A stretch of DNA of 64,000 nt from an uncultured Clostridia bacterium (GCA_944358385.1 CALVQW010000006.1:28780-92779), one strand, 5' to 3'. Positions 47,017 through 56,307 are shown, counted from the first letter of the stretch. Made by a program: numbers and translations. The notes: generated from the sequence alone by a model not told the origin.

Positions 47017-47421
47017 ATGAACGAACGCGACTTTTACGGACAGGATACGCGCCGTCCCGGAGGAGACTTCGGCGACGGGAGATATGAGCAGGGAAGGAGC
47101 AGGTTCTCCCGCATCTTCGGCGGGGATCCGCGTCCCGCCGCGCCCGCGGGAGGAGACGGCGGCAGATCGGGCGGTACGGTCATCTATTCCCCCTCCACCT
47201 ACGAGGATGTGCAGCTGCTCATCGACCACCTCAAAATGAGGGAGCAGGTCATCGTGGATTTCTCGGACATCAACCAGACTTCCGTGTGCCGCATACTCGA
47301 CTTTATGAGCGGCGCGATCTACGCCCTCAACGGCTCCATACGTCAGATCAACAAAAATATATTCCTCTTTGCACCCAGCGGAGTGACCATCACGGTACCC
47401 CCTCACATCGGCAGGAAATGA
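47017..47421 (+). CDS. sepF: Cell division protein SepF
   Basis: ORF-track 47011..47421, with ATG 47017 after AGGTGAGGTG. The conserved C-terminal domain reads YEDVQLLIDHLKMREQVIVDF...RILDFMSGAIYALNG. Confidence 0.88.
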   Translation: MNERDFYGQDTRRPGGDFGDGRYEQGRSRFSRIFGGDPRPAAPAGGDGGRSGGTVIYSPSTYEDVQLLIDHLKMREQVIVDFSDINQTSVCRILDFMSGAIYALNGSIRQINKNIFLFAPSGVTITVPPHIGRK

Positions 47422-48281
47422 TGCAGGAAAATCAACCAAAGAAACTCACTAAGAAGGACATAAAGGAGCGCGTCGTCGGAGGATGGCGCGCTTTCGCCCG
47501 CTTTTTCAAGGAATTCAAGTGGGACAAGGCGCACGTCTCCGTGCTCATCAAGTACGCCGTCGAGATCCTCCTCTTTGCCTTCATCATCACCTTCGACCTC
47601 TGCATGAAGGACTTTCTCTATGAGTTCGTGGAGGTGAAGAACGGCGGAAATATCACCGTCATAGACGGATTTTTGGACCTCACTTACTCCGAGAACACCG
47701 GCATGGGATTCGGGCTGGGGCAGGACAGCACCCTCGGCATCACGATCATGACCGCAATACTCATAGTGGCGATCCTGGGCTATCTCATCTTCTTCAAGAA
47801 GGAGAAGGCTTACATCCGCATCCCCCTCATCATGGTGGCGGCGGGCGGCATCGGCAACCTCGTGGACAGGACGCAGCTGGGGTATGTCAGAGACTTCTTC
47901 GAGTTCACCTTCATGGACTTTGCCATCTTCAACATCGCGGACGTGTTCGTGACGGTGGGCGCGATAGTGCTCATACTCGGACTCATTATCACCCTCGTGT
48001 TCCCCTCCAAGGACAAGCGCATACCCGATGACGAAGAGGAGAGCGGAGACGTGCAGGGAGAGCAAGGAGAGACCGCGCGAGAGGAGAGCATGCAGGCGGA
48101 GACCGCGAGTGAGGAGGGCGCGCGGGAGGAGAGCGACGTTTACGTGACGCGCCCCGCAGAGGAAGGGACGGAAGGCGCGGAGCGCGCCTCGTTCACCGTG
48201 GAAGTGACGCGGGAGGATAAAAAGCCCTTCACGATATCCGAAGTCAAAGAGGACGGCACCGATGAAAGCGAAGGTGAGTGA
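47418..48281 (+). CDS. lspA: Lipoprotein signal peptidase (signal peptidase II) with N-terminal basic and C-terminal acidic extensions
   Basis: In-frame 3' part of ORF-track 47286..48281. The ATG overlaps the sepF stop. YSENTGMGFG, GGIGNLVDR and FNIADVFVTVG motifs are present, followed by a ~90-aa Glu/Asp-rich tail. Confidence 0.88.
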   Translation: MMQENQPKKLTKKDIKERVVGGWRAFARFFKEFKWDKAHVSVLIKYAVEILLFAFIITFDLCMKDFLYEFVEVKNGGNITVIDGFLDLTYSENTGMGFGLGQDSTLGITIMTAILIVAILGYLIFFKKEKAYIRIPLIMVAAGGIGNLVDRTQLGYVRDFFEFTFMDFAIFNIADVFVTVGAIVLILGLIITLVFPSKDKRIPDDEEESGDVQGEQGETAREESMQAETASEEGAREESDVYVTRPAEEGTEGAERASFTVEVTREDKKPFTISEVKEDGTDESEGE

Positions 48282-49179
48282 CGCCGACGCCGGCATCAGG
48301 CTGGACGTTTTCATAGCGCGGGAGAGCGGTTTGACGCGCTCCGCGGTCAAGATTGCTGTGGAAAAGGCGGGTGCGCTGGTCAACGGGAGCACGCGTTTCA
48401 AGAGCGGATGCGAGCTAAAAGCGGGGGATGAGGTGGAGTTCGAGCCTCCCGCGCCGGAGCCTTTGCGGGCGGAGGCAGCGGATATCCCGCTGGACATAGT
48501 GTACGAGGACGGCAATTTCGCCGTCATCAACAAGCCGCGCGGCATGGTGGTGCATCAGGCGGCGAGCTACCGCGCGAGCGACACCCTCGTCAACGCCCTT
48601 CTTTTCAGATTGAAAGACCTCAGTTCCGTCAACGGAGTGATACGTCCCGGCATAGTCCACCGTCTGGACAAGGACACTACGGGGCTTATCGTGGTGGCGA
48701 AGAACGACGAGGCGCACCGTGCATTGCAGGAGCAGATCGCGTCCAAACGGGCGAGACGGGTGTATGTCGCGCTCACGGACGGCAATTTCAAAGAGGACGA
48801 GGGCGTGATCGACGCGCCCATAGGCAGGAGCAGACGCGACCGCAAGAAGATGGCGGTGGCAGAGGGCGGACGCCGCGCCGTCACGCACTATAAGGTGCTG
48901 GAAAGATTCAGTCGCTACACCCTCGTGCGCTTCGAGCTTGAGACGGGCAGGACGCACCAGATCAGAGTGCATTCCGCTCACATCGGACATCCCGTGACGG
49001 GGGACGGGACTTACGGCGGCTCCACCGCGCTTTTCAAGGGAGGACAGCTCCTGCACGCCGAGCGGCTGGAACTCGACGATCCCGCAACGGGGGAGAGAAA
49101 GGTGTTCGCCTGCCCCCTTCCCGAGGATTTCGCCCAAGTGCTCGAAAAGTTGAGAAAAGCCGCCAAACAGGGGCTTTGA
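48262..49179 (+). CDS. rluD: RluA-family pseudouridine synthase (RluD-like)
   Basis: 305-aa ORF with an N-terminal S4 domain and the catalytic HRLDKDTTGLIVVAK motif. It overlaps the lspA end by 20 nt. Confidence 0.9.
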   Translation: MKAKVSDADAGIRLDVFIARESGLTRSAVKIAVEKAGALVNGSTRFKSGCELKAGDEVEFEPPAPEPLRAEAADIPLDIVYEDGNFAVINKPRGMVVHQAASYRASDTLVNALLFRLKDLSSVNGVIRPGIVHRLDKDTTGLIVVAKNDEAHRALQEQIASKRARRVYVALTDGNFKEDEGVIDAPIGRSRRDRKKMAVAEGGRRAVTHYKVLERFSRYTLVRFELETGRTHQIRVHSAHIGHPVTGDGTYGGSTALFKGGQLLHAERLELDDPATGERKVFACPLPEDFAQVLEKLRKAAKQGL

Positions 49180-49183
49180 GGGG

Positions 49184-49222
49184 AAAACTATTCTCGGAAT
49201 CGGAAAAATGCAGAATACTTTT
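49184..49222. repeat. Dispersed repeat family E, short copy (probable bidirectional terminator between rluD and rqcH)
   Basis: AAAACTATTCTC (49184-49195), a 15-nt loop, then CAGAATACTTTT (49211-49222). Confidence 0.6.
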
Positions 49223-49233
49223 GCGCCGGCTAG

Positions 49234-50943
49234 TCAGTCGGCGTTTCTTCTGCCTTTCAGCAGTTCTGAGTGCGCGTCGGGGCGCGCCACCGTGGTCTTG
49301 AAGTCGGTGTAGATCACTTGTCCGGGGTGTCCAGAGGGACGGCGTTTGACATAGCGGCGCAGGGTGTAGTCCACCTCCGCGTTCGCTCCCGCGCTCGCCG
49401 CCGCTATCTCCGCCGCGATCTTTATCACGCTCTCGGGGACGGGCGCGCCCTTTGCCAGCACCACCACGTGCGCGCCGTGACGGTTTTTCAGGTGCAGCCA
49501 AAGGTCGGACGAGGACGCGACTCGGAAGGTGAGTTCGTCGTTTTGCAGGTTGTTTTTCCCCGCAAGCACCGTGAACCCCTCGATCTCGTACTCATAGGGC
49601 GGCTCCGCTTTCTCGCGGCGCACTTTGCCCTTGCTCTTTTTTCTGAACGCGCCCAGCCTCTCCAATTCCTCTTCGATCGCCGTCGCGGGCGAGTCGTAGG
49701 GGAGGGATGCGATCTCCGCTTCCAACGATCCGATGTAATCCAGCAGCAGAAGGTCGGCGGCGAGTTTCTTTTCCGTGAACTCCTTGGTGCGTTTGAGCTT
49801 GTTGTAGCGGTTGTAGTAAGCAGCCGAGTTGCCGGAGGGCGTCAGTCTCTCGTCAAGGGGGATCTCCCTCTCATCGCCCGTGTAATAGTCCAGGCATCTG
49901 AGGACGGTGTCTCCCTTTTTCACGCGGTAGATGTTGGCGACGATGAGTTCCCCCATCATCCGCCATTTGTCCATATTTTCGCACTCGGCGAGCCTTTCGC
50001 GGTCTATTGCGATGTTCTTTTCCGTGCGACTGCGCAGGTGCTTGACCGCCGTAGTCAAGGCTTTCAGCCTTGCCTTGTTCCTGAGTTCGCGGTCGGCGGC
50101 GGTGTAGAGGGCGTCGTATGCCGAAATGATGTCCGCAAAGTCCCGTCTTTCCCCCTTTGCCGCGGCGTAGGGGAAGGGATATACGTCTTTCCCCGCGAGA
50201 CAGGGTGCGTAAAAGGGGGCGTGCGTCACGTCGTCGAGCTGCGTCACAAGGGAGAGCAGCCTCTCTTTTTCCGAGTCCGAAAGGGGGCGGGGGATGTCCG
50301 CGTCAAGCCCCGCTCGCCGCAGGATCTCGGACACCGTCGCGCCCGAAAACCCCGATGTCTTGTCCAGCATCCACCTGTGCAGATCTCCTCCCGGGAACGC
50401 GCCTATCGCGCGCTTTCCTTCCTCCGTGCGGTAGTTGGGTTTGGGCTGATCGGGCGGGGAGTATCTCACGCCGCGCAGCACGACATGTCCCCCTCCGTCA
50501 TCGAATCCGAGATGTTTCACCGCGTCGAGGATGACGAGGTCGGCATCCGTGAAAACTATGTTGGAGTAGCGGTTCATTATCTCTATAAAGAGATAAAACG
50601 TCGCATTGTCCCGCATTTCCGTGCGGGCATTGAAGCGCAGGGCGATGATCCTGTCCTCCCGCCACATGCTCACTTCTTCCAGCGCGCTGACGGAAAGATA
50701 TTTGCGCAGCAACATACAGAAATTGGGGGCGGTGACGGGGTTCTGCTTGCGTTCCGCGGTGAGATGCAGGCGGGGTGCGCCCGCGTTGCAGGACGCCACC
50801 AGACATTCCGTCCTTCCGCCCGCACGCAAAAAGAGGCGGATCTCGTCCGCTTCCGGTTGTACGATCTTGTCCATGCGTGCGCCGGCGAGCTTCGCGTTCA
50901 GTTCGTCCGCGAGCGCGCTCAGAGCGAGAAAGTCGCTGCCCAT
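49234..50943 (-). CDS. rqcH: Ribosome quality-control NFACT-family protein (RqcH / FbpA-like)
   Basis: In-frame part of ORF-track 49234..51021, starting at ATG 50943 (MGSDFLALSALADEL...MDKIVQP). It has an NFACT-N domain, a coiled-coil middle and the C-terminal NFACT-R motif LWLHLKNRHGAHVV. Confidence 0.88.
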   Translation of the reverse strand: MGSDFLALSALADELNAKLAGARMDKIVQPEADEIRLFLRAGGRTECLVASCNAGAPRLHLTAERKQNPVTAPNFCMLLRKYLSVSALEEVSMWREDRIIALRFNARTEMRDNATFYLFIEIMNRYSNIVFTDADLVILDAVKHLGFDDGGGHVVLRGVRYSPPDQPKPNYRTEEGKRAIGAFPGGDLHRWMLDKTSGFSGATVSEILRRAGLDADIPRPLSDSEKERLLSLVTQLDDVTHAPFYAPCLAGKDVYPFPYAAAKGERRDFADIISAYDALYTAADRELRNKARLKALTTAVKHLRSRTEKNIAIDRERLAECENMDKWRMMGELIVANIYRVKKGDTVLRCLDYYTGDEREIPLDERLTPSGNSAAYYNRYNKLKRTKEFTEKKLAADLLLLDYIGSLEAEIASLPYDSPATAIEEELERLGAFRKKSKGKVRREKAEPPYEYEIEGFTVLAGKNNLQNDELTFRVASSSDLWLHLKNRHGAHVVVLAKGAPVPESVIKIAAEIAAASAGANAEVDYTLRRYVKRRPSGHPGQVIYTDFKTTVARPDAHSELLKGRRNAD

Positions 50944-50949
50944 GGCTCT

Positions 50950-50977
50950 ATTATACACCATTTGCCCGCAAGCGCAA
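50950..50977 (-). promoter_or_regulatory. rqcH promoter ending 6 nt before the ATG (leaderless geometry)
   Basis: On the minus strand: TTGCGC (50977-50972), 16 nt, TATAAT (50955-50950), AGAGCC, ATG (50943). Confidence 0.5.
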
Positions 50978-51270
50978 TATGTCCGATGCCGAAGCGTGTT
51001 CGTATTGTTCATGTCAGGCACACGCGGCTCAAAAATGATGAAGTGCAGGCTCCGAGCGGTTCTTTTCGGTGCGTTTCCGCAGCCGTGGGTTGAGGATGAC
51101 GGATCATCCCTTCCGCATTTCGCAGTTCCGCCTAGCGCATTTATCGGACATTCTTGTCGGGCAAGAACAAAAAATCATTGCCTTTCGCGTGCAGTTATGA
51201 TATACTTCCTTTTACTTACGATAAAATCGGTACATTTATTGCGGCGTAAAGCGGCATAAACGGAGGACAA

Positions 51271-52725
51271 ATGAGTTACACAGTTGAAAAGTTGGAAAAG
51301 AGCCGCGTCAAATTCACCTTTGACGTGGATGCGGAAAGGTTCGGTAAAGCGGTCGTCGCCGCTTACAACAAGACCAAACACAAATATTCCGTTCCCGGTT
51401 TCAGAAAGGGACACGTCCCCATGAAAGTCATCGAAGGGATGTACGGCAAAGAGGTATTTTTCGAGGACGCGATGGATATCGTAATCCCGGAGGTATATTC
51501 CGAGGCACTCGACAAAGAGCATGACATCGAGCCTGTCGCTCAGCCGGAACTCGAATCTTTCGATTTCAAAGAGGACGGCGGTGTGACCTTCGTGCTCACC
51601 ACCGCGGTGCGCCCCGAGGTCAAGCTTGGAAAGTATAAGGGACTTTCCGTCGAGAGAAAGGTGGAGAAAGTCACCGCCAAGCAGGTGGACGAAGAGGTGG
51701 AGAACGCCCGCGAGAAACAGGCGCGCATCCTCGACACCGACGAAGCCGCGAAGGACGGCGACATCGTCAACATCGACTTTGTGGGTTCCGTGGACGGCGT
51801 CAAGTTCGACGGCGGCAGTGCGGAAGGATATGATCTCACTCTCGGCAGCGGCAGTTTCATCCCCGGTTTCGAGGAGCAGCTGGTCGGCGCGAAGAAGGGC
51901 GACAAGGTGGACGTCAAGGTCACCTTCCCCGAGGACTATCATGCGGCGGAACTCAAAGGCAAGGAAGCGGTGTTCGAATGCACCGTCAACGCCGTGAAGA
52001 AGAAGGAGCTGCCCGCTTTGGACGACGATTTCGCAAAGGAGATCTCGGAGTTCGACACCCTGGCGGAATACAAAGCCGACGTCAAGGCGAGGCTCGCCAA
52101 GGACGCCGAGGCGCGCGCGGACAGGCAGTATGAGGACGCCCTCGTGCAAGCCGTCGTGGACGGAGCGGAGGTCGAGATCCCGCAGGCGATGATAGATCAG
52201 GAAGCCGAGGATATGGCAAAAGAGTTCGAGTACCGCCTCTCCTATCAGGGCATTAAGCTCGCGGATTATCTCGGCTACATCAACATGACGCGAGAACAGC
52301 TCCTCGACGAGTACAAGGAGCAGGCGGCGAAGTCCGTCAAGGTGCGTCTCGTCATGGAGGAGATCGTCAAGCGCGAGGAGATGAAGTTTGAGCAAGCAGA
52401 GCTTGACGAGAAACTCGCGGAGATGGCGGCAAGAGCAGGTCAGGATGTCGAGACCTTCAAGAAGGGACTCGGCAGAGAGCATTACGACTATCTCGCCAAT
52501 CAGATCCTCTCCGACAAGCTCATGGCGATGCTGAGGAGCGAGAACGCTCCCGCCGCGAAGAAGGCGGCAAAGAAAGCCGAGAGCGCGGAGGAGGGTGTCG
52601 CAGAGGAGAAGAAACCCGCAGCCAAGAAACCCGCAGCCAAGAAACCCGCTGCGAAAAAAGCCGCGGACGGCGAGGCTAAACCCGCGAAGAAGTCCGCCAA
52701 AAAGACGGATGTTCCCGCGGAGTGA
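51271..52725 (+). CDS. tig: Trigger factor with a Lys/Ala/Pro-rich C-terminal tail
   Basis: 484-aa ORF. It has the N-terminal ribosome-binding motif GFRKGHVP, an FKBP-type PPIase middle and a C-terminal arm. A ~55-aa tail follows, containing KKPAA x3. Confidence 0.95.
   Translation: MSYTVEKLEKSRVKFTFDVDAERFGKAVVAAYNKTKHKYSVPGFRKGHVPMKVIEGMYGKEVFFEDAMDIVIPEVYSEALDKEHDIEPVAQPELESFDFKEDGGVTFVLTTAVRPEVKLGKYKGLSVERKVEKVTAKQVDEEVENAREKQARILDTDEAAKDGDIVNIDFVGSVDGVKFDGGSAEGYDLTLGSGSFIPGFEEQLVGAKKGDKVDVKVTFPEDYHAAELKGKEAVFECTVNAVKKKELPALDDDFAKEISEFDTLAEYKADVKARLAKDAEARADRQYEDALVQAVVDGAEVEIPQAMIDQEAEDMAKEFEYRLSYQGIKLADYLGYINMTREQLLDEYKEQAAKSVKVRLVMEEIVKREEMKFEQAELDEKLAEMAARAGQDVETFKKGLGREHYDYLANQILSDKLMAMLRSENAPAAKKAAKKAESAEEGVAEEKKPAAKKPAAKKPAAKKAADGEAKPAKKSAKKTDVPAE
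52609..52653 (+). repeat. 3 x 15-bp tandem repeat inside tig (encodes KKPAA x3)
   Basis: AAGAAACCCGCAGCC occurs twice, followed by AAGAAACCCGCTGCG. Confidence 0.95.
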
Positions 52726-52745
52726 TCCGGAAAGAGAGGAAAGTT

Positions 52746-53342
52746 ATGGACATCAGAAATCAACTCATCCCCATGGTCATCGAACAGACGGGACGCGGAG
52801 AGCGTTCCTACGACATCTACTCCCGTCTGCTTGAGGACAGAGTCATCTTTCTCACGGGCGAGGTCAACGACCTGTCGGCGGATCTCATCGTGGCACAGCT
52901 GCTTTTTTTGGAAGGGAAGGATCCTTCCAAGGACATCAGCCTGTACATCAACAGCCCCGGCGGCTCGGTATCGGCGGGATTTGCCATCTATGACACGATG
53001 AACTATATTCGTTGCGACGTCTCCACCATCTGCGTGGGCATGGCGGCGAGCATGGGCGCGTTTTTGCTCTCGTCCGGTGCGAAGGGCAAGAGGTTCGCGC
53101 TGCCCAACTCCAAGATCATGATCCACCAGCCCCTCGGCGGCGCGCAGGGACAGGCGAGCGACATCGCCATCCAGGCGGAGGAGATCCTCCGCACCAAAAA
53201 GAGACTCAACGAGATCCTTGCCAAAAATACGGGGCAGGATCTTGCGAAGATCGAGTTCGACACCGACCGCGACTTCTATATGACTGCGGAAGAGGCGGAA
53301 AAATACGGTCTCGTGGACAAGATCTTCTATTCCAGAAAGTAG
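52746..53342 (+). CDS. clpP: ATP-dependent Clp protease proteolytic subunit
   Basis: In-frame part of ORF-track 52722..53342, with ATG 52746 after [37 protein letters not shown] (Ser) and IMIHQPLGG (His) motifs are present. Confidence 0.97.
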   Translation: MDIRNQLIPMVIEQTGRGERSYDIYSRLLEDRVIFLTGEVNDLSADLIVAQLLFLEGKDPSKDISLYINSPGGSVSAGFAIYDTMNYIRCDVSTICVGMAASMGAFLLSSGAKGKRFALPNSKIMIHQPLGGAQGQASDIAIQAEEILRTKKRLNEILAKNTGQDLAKIEFDTDRDFYMTAEEAEKYGLVDKIFYSRK

Positions 53343-53381
53343 CGGAATATCGTGCGGCATCCCCGCACATTGTGAGGTAGT

Positions 53382-54638
53382 ATGGACGGTTTTCAGAAGG
53401 AACTGCATTGCAGTTTCTGCGGAAAGAGCGACAGCGAGGTGGAAAAGATCATCGTTGGCCCCAACCGCATGACCATATGCAACGAGTGCATTGAACAGTG
53501 CGCGCATCTGCTCGCCAAGGAAAACGCGGGCGGCAGCACGGGTATATCGCTCTATACTCCGCAAGAGATCAAAGCTAAACTCGATGAGTACATCATCGGT
53601 CAGGAGAGCGCGAAAAAAGTGCTCAGTGTCGCCGTATACAACCACTACAAGCGCATAGGCAGACTTGCGGGCGCGGATGACGGCGTCGTGCTTGAAAAGA
53701 GCAACGTGCTTTTGCTCGGTCCTACGGGTTCGGGCAAGACTTTGCTTGCAAAGACTTTGGCGCAGATCCTCAACGTGCCTTTTGCCGTTGCGGACGCCAC
53801 CACGCTCACCGAGGCGGGCTATGTCGGTGAGGACGTCGAGAACATCCTTTTGAAGCTCATCCAGGCGGCAGACGGCGACATCCGCAAGGCGCAGATGGGC
53901 ATCATCTACATCGACGAGATAGACAAGATCGCGCGTAAGGGCGAGAATGTCTCCATCACCCGCGACGTCAGCGGCGAGGGCGTCCAGCAGGCACTCCTCA
54001 AGATCATCGAGGGGACGATGGCGTCCGTGCCTCCGCAGGGGGGCAGGAAACACCCCAATCAGGAGTGCTATCAGATCGACACCACCAACATCCTCTTTCT
54101 GTGCGGCGGTGCGTTCGTGGATCTGGATAAGATCGTGGACAAGCGCAAGGACGGCTCCAAGCTCGGTTTCGGCGCGTCCGTCAAGGGCGACAAGAAGTAT
54201 GACTACGACGCCCTCATCTCCGAGCTGCAGCCCGAGGACCTCATCAAATACGGTCTCATCCCCGAGTTCGTGGGCAGAGTCCCCATCGTGGTCGGGCTTA
54301 ACGCGCTGGACGAGGACGCCCTTGTCAAGATCCTCTCCGAGCCGAAAAACGCCCTTGTCAAGCAATATCAGGTGCAGTTCAAGCTGGACGGCGCGGAGCT
54401 GGAGTTCGAGCCTAACGCCCTCAGAGCCATAGCGGAGAAAGCCATCAAGCTCAACACCGGCGCACGCGGTCTGCGCGCCATAGTGGAGGGCATACTCCTC
54501 GACCTCATGTACGAGCTGCCTTCGGACAAGAGCATCGCAAAAGTGGTGGTCACCCCGGAGTGCGTGACGGAAAAAGCCCGCCCCCGCATCCTGCGCAAGA
54601 GCGAGTCCGCAGCCCCCGCCATGCCCTCGGCAAGCTGA
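53382..54638 (+). CDS. clpX: ATP-dependent Clp protease ATP-binding subunit ClpX
   Basis: 418-aa ORF. It has the N-terminal zinc ribbon CSFCGK...CNEC, Walker A GPTGSGKT and IYIDEIDKI. Confidence 0.97.
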   Translation: MDGFQKELHCSFCGKSDSEVEKIIVGPNRMTICNECIEQCAHLLAKENAGGSTGISLYTPQEIKAKLDEYIIGQESAKKVLSVAVYNHYKRIGRLAGADDGVVLEKSNVLLLGPTGSGKTLLAKTLAQILNVPFAVADATTLTEAGYVGEDVENILLKLIQAADGDIRKAQMGIIYIDEIDKIARKGENVSITRDVSGEGVQQALLKIIEGTMASVPPQGGRKHPNQECYQIDTTNILFLCGGAFVDLDKIVDKRKDGSKLGFGASVKGDKKYDYDALISELQPEDLIKYGLIPEFVGRVPIVVGLNALDEDALVKILSEPKNALVKQYQVQFKLDGAELEFEPNALRAIAEKAIKLNTGARGLRAIVEGILLDLMYELPSDKSIAKVVVTPECVTEKARPRILRKSESAAPAMPSAS

Positions 54639-54666
54639 CCGCTCACCCTACAACCCCAAAACCCCG

Positions 54667-54693
54667 AAAACGCGCGTACACACGCGCGTTTTT
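54667..54693 (+). terminator. Intrinsic terminator after clpX
   Basis: AAAACGCGCGT (54667-54677) pairs with ACGCGCGTTTT (54682-54692). Confidence 0.9.
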
Positions 54694-54730
54694 CATATAT
54701 TAAGTTTTGCACACGAAAAGTCAATGCGAA

Positions 54731-54747
54731 TGTGCAAATTTTGCACA
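54731..54747. promoter_or_regulatory. 17-bp palindrome TGTGCAA-ATT-TTGCACA (candidate operator)
   Basis: Perfect 7-bp arms. A second copy lies 33 bp downstream and a half-site TTGCACA at 54707-54713. Confidence 0.4.
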
Positions 54748-54763
54748 TCGAAGTGTGCCGCAA

Positions 54764-54780
54764 TGTGCAAAAATTGCACA
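54764..54780. promoter_or_regulatory. 17-bp palindrome TGTGCAA-AAA-TTGCACA (candidate operator)
   Basis: Perfect 7-bp arms identical to those at 54731-54747. Confidence 0.4.
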
Positions 54781-54836
54781 TATTTTTCGGCAGTGGGGTG
54801 GGAAGAACGCCGGTTTAAGCACGCCCAAAAGGTTTT

Positions 54837-54936
54837 GGACACTTGGGGACGTGCTTGATTTGTCCAAAAATCAGACACTTGGGGACGGGCTTGTTTTGTC
54901 CAATTTTGGACAAAACAAGCCCGTCCCCATTTGTCT
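54837..54936. repeat. Three ~30-bp hairpin-forming repeat units (two direct, one inverted), including a perfect 23+23-bp palindrome
   Basis: The units are at 54837-54865, 54873-54903 and (inverted) 54906-54936. GGGGACGGGCTTGTTTTGTCCAA (54881-54903) is the exact reverse complement of 54906-54928. Confidence 0.8.
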
Positions 54937-55470
54937 AAAAATGTGAGTTTTCTCAACAAGAAGGGCGGTGGGTGTCGGCGGGATGATGTGAAGAGCGATC
55001 GGGTGAGGATCGAGAGGCGATGCGGTGAGAGAGTAAAATGGCGGGGCGAGGGGTGAAAGGCGGGTGAGCAAGAGTGAGGGGTTGCGGGGCAAGGTGGTTG
55101 TGCGGCGGCTTTCATCCTGAAAATCGGGGCGGGATGTTTCATGAAACGGTGCGGACCGCTTGCGGAAAGGGGCGGTTTGCGGTTACAATAAAAGCGCGAA
55201 TGACGGAGCGTCCCGCGCAGACCTCGGCGGGCGGCGACGGAATGCCGTGCGAGCCGTGAGCGGTTCCCGAATGCAACGCACATCATCCCTCAGGCATTGC
55301 GTGTGAAGTGCGGGATCATGCGGCGGCAGAGCCTCCGCGGACGGACTGCAAGCCCGCATCTGCGGTGTTTGACGCAGAGAGACAAAGGACGCGCGGGAGC
55401 AAAAGCGCGTGCAAGCCGCAAAAGGCGCGTCATGCAAGCGGTTTTGCGGGGCGCGCGGAAGGAGGACGGT

Positions 55471-56094
55471 ATGATCATCAAAAATGCGGAGTTTCTGACA
55501 TCGGTGGCGGATCCCGGCAAATTGCCCGATCTCGGCGTGCCGGAGATCGCGTTTGCGGGCAAGTCCAACGTGGGCAAGTCCTCCTTCATCAATTTCCTCA
55601 CCGGCAACGGCAAGCTGGCGCGCACCTCGGGAGACCCGGGGCGCACCCGCTTGGTCAACTACTTCGGAGTGAACGGCAAGTCCCTCGTCTTTGTGGATCT
55701 GCCGGGATACGGCTTTGCCAAAGTCGCCAAGAGCGAGAAAGCCAAGTGGGGGAGCATGATCGAGGGCTACCTCACGGGGAGCAAAAACCTTGTCAACGTC
55801 TTTGTGCTGTTGGACGTACGCCACGAGCCGACCTCGGACGACAAGATGCTGCTCAACTTCCTCTATCACTACAACATCCCTTTCACCGTCATCGCCACCA
55901 AGTGCGACAAGCTCTCCCGCGCGCAGCTCACGAAACGTCGTGCGGAGATCGCCAACGCCATCGGCGTGGGCGTTGGCAACGTCTTTCTCATCTCCTCTCT
56001 CAAAAAGACGGGGAAGGAGGACATCCTCGCCCGCATCGACACTCTCACCGAGGCATGGAATGCCGCAAATGCGGGTGACGGCGGCGAGGACTGA
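55471..56094 (+). CDS. engB: Ribosome-biogenesis GTPase EngB/YsxC
   Basis: In-frame part of ORF-track 55297..56094, with ATG 55471 after GGAAGGAGGA. G1 GKSNVGKSS, DLPGYG and TKCDK motifs are present. Confidence 0.93.
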   Translation: MIIKNAEFLTSVADPGKLPDLGVPEIAFAGKSNVGKSSFINFLTGNGKLARTSGDPGRTRLVNYFGVNGKSLVFVDLPGYGFAKVAKSEKAKWGSMIEGYLTGSKNLVNVFVLLDVRHEPTSDDKMLLNFLYHYNIPFTVIATKCDKLSRAQLTKRRAEIANAIGVGVGNVFLISSLKKTGKEDILARIDTLTEAWNAANAGDGGED

Positions 56095-56140
56095 CGCTCT
56101 CCGCCTTGGGCTTTTCGGTTTATGTATTACGATCCGGCAT

Positions 56141-56162
56141 GACCGCCTGCGGGCGGTTTTTG
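56141..56162 (+). terminator. Intrinsic terminator after engB
   Basis: GACCGCC (56141-56147) pairs with GGCGGTT (56152-56158), followed by further T. Confidence 0.75.
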
Positions 56163-56186
56163 CTTTCCGTTTTTAAGCGACAGACA

Positions 56187-56273
56187 TTGCACTTCTTTGT
56201 CCTCATACCGCGCTGTGTTTATCTCTCGCAAGCCCGCAAATTTTAGCGGACGCCGGTTGCACTTTTTTGTCCT
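56187..56273 (+). repeat. Two direct copies (70-bp period) of TTGCACTTnTTTGTCCT
   Basis: 56187-56203 and 56257-56273 match at 16 of 17 positions. An inverted partial copy AGGACAAAAACACAC is at 56445-56459. Confidence 0.7.
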
Positions 56274-56307
56274 AATGTTGCGCCGGATCGCTCCCTTGAA
56301 AAGCTGC

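Noticed and set aside
54693-55286. 197-aa minus-strand ORF and 79-aa + strand ORF (54707..54946) in the clpX-engB gap, considered as a lon remnant or small gene
   Set aside because: Neither has an SD. The sequences are Pro/Arg/Ser-rich, or simply translate the DNA repeats (TLGDVLDLSKNQ / TLGDGLVLSNFGQ). No Lon motifs are present.
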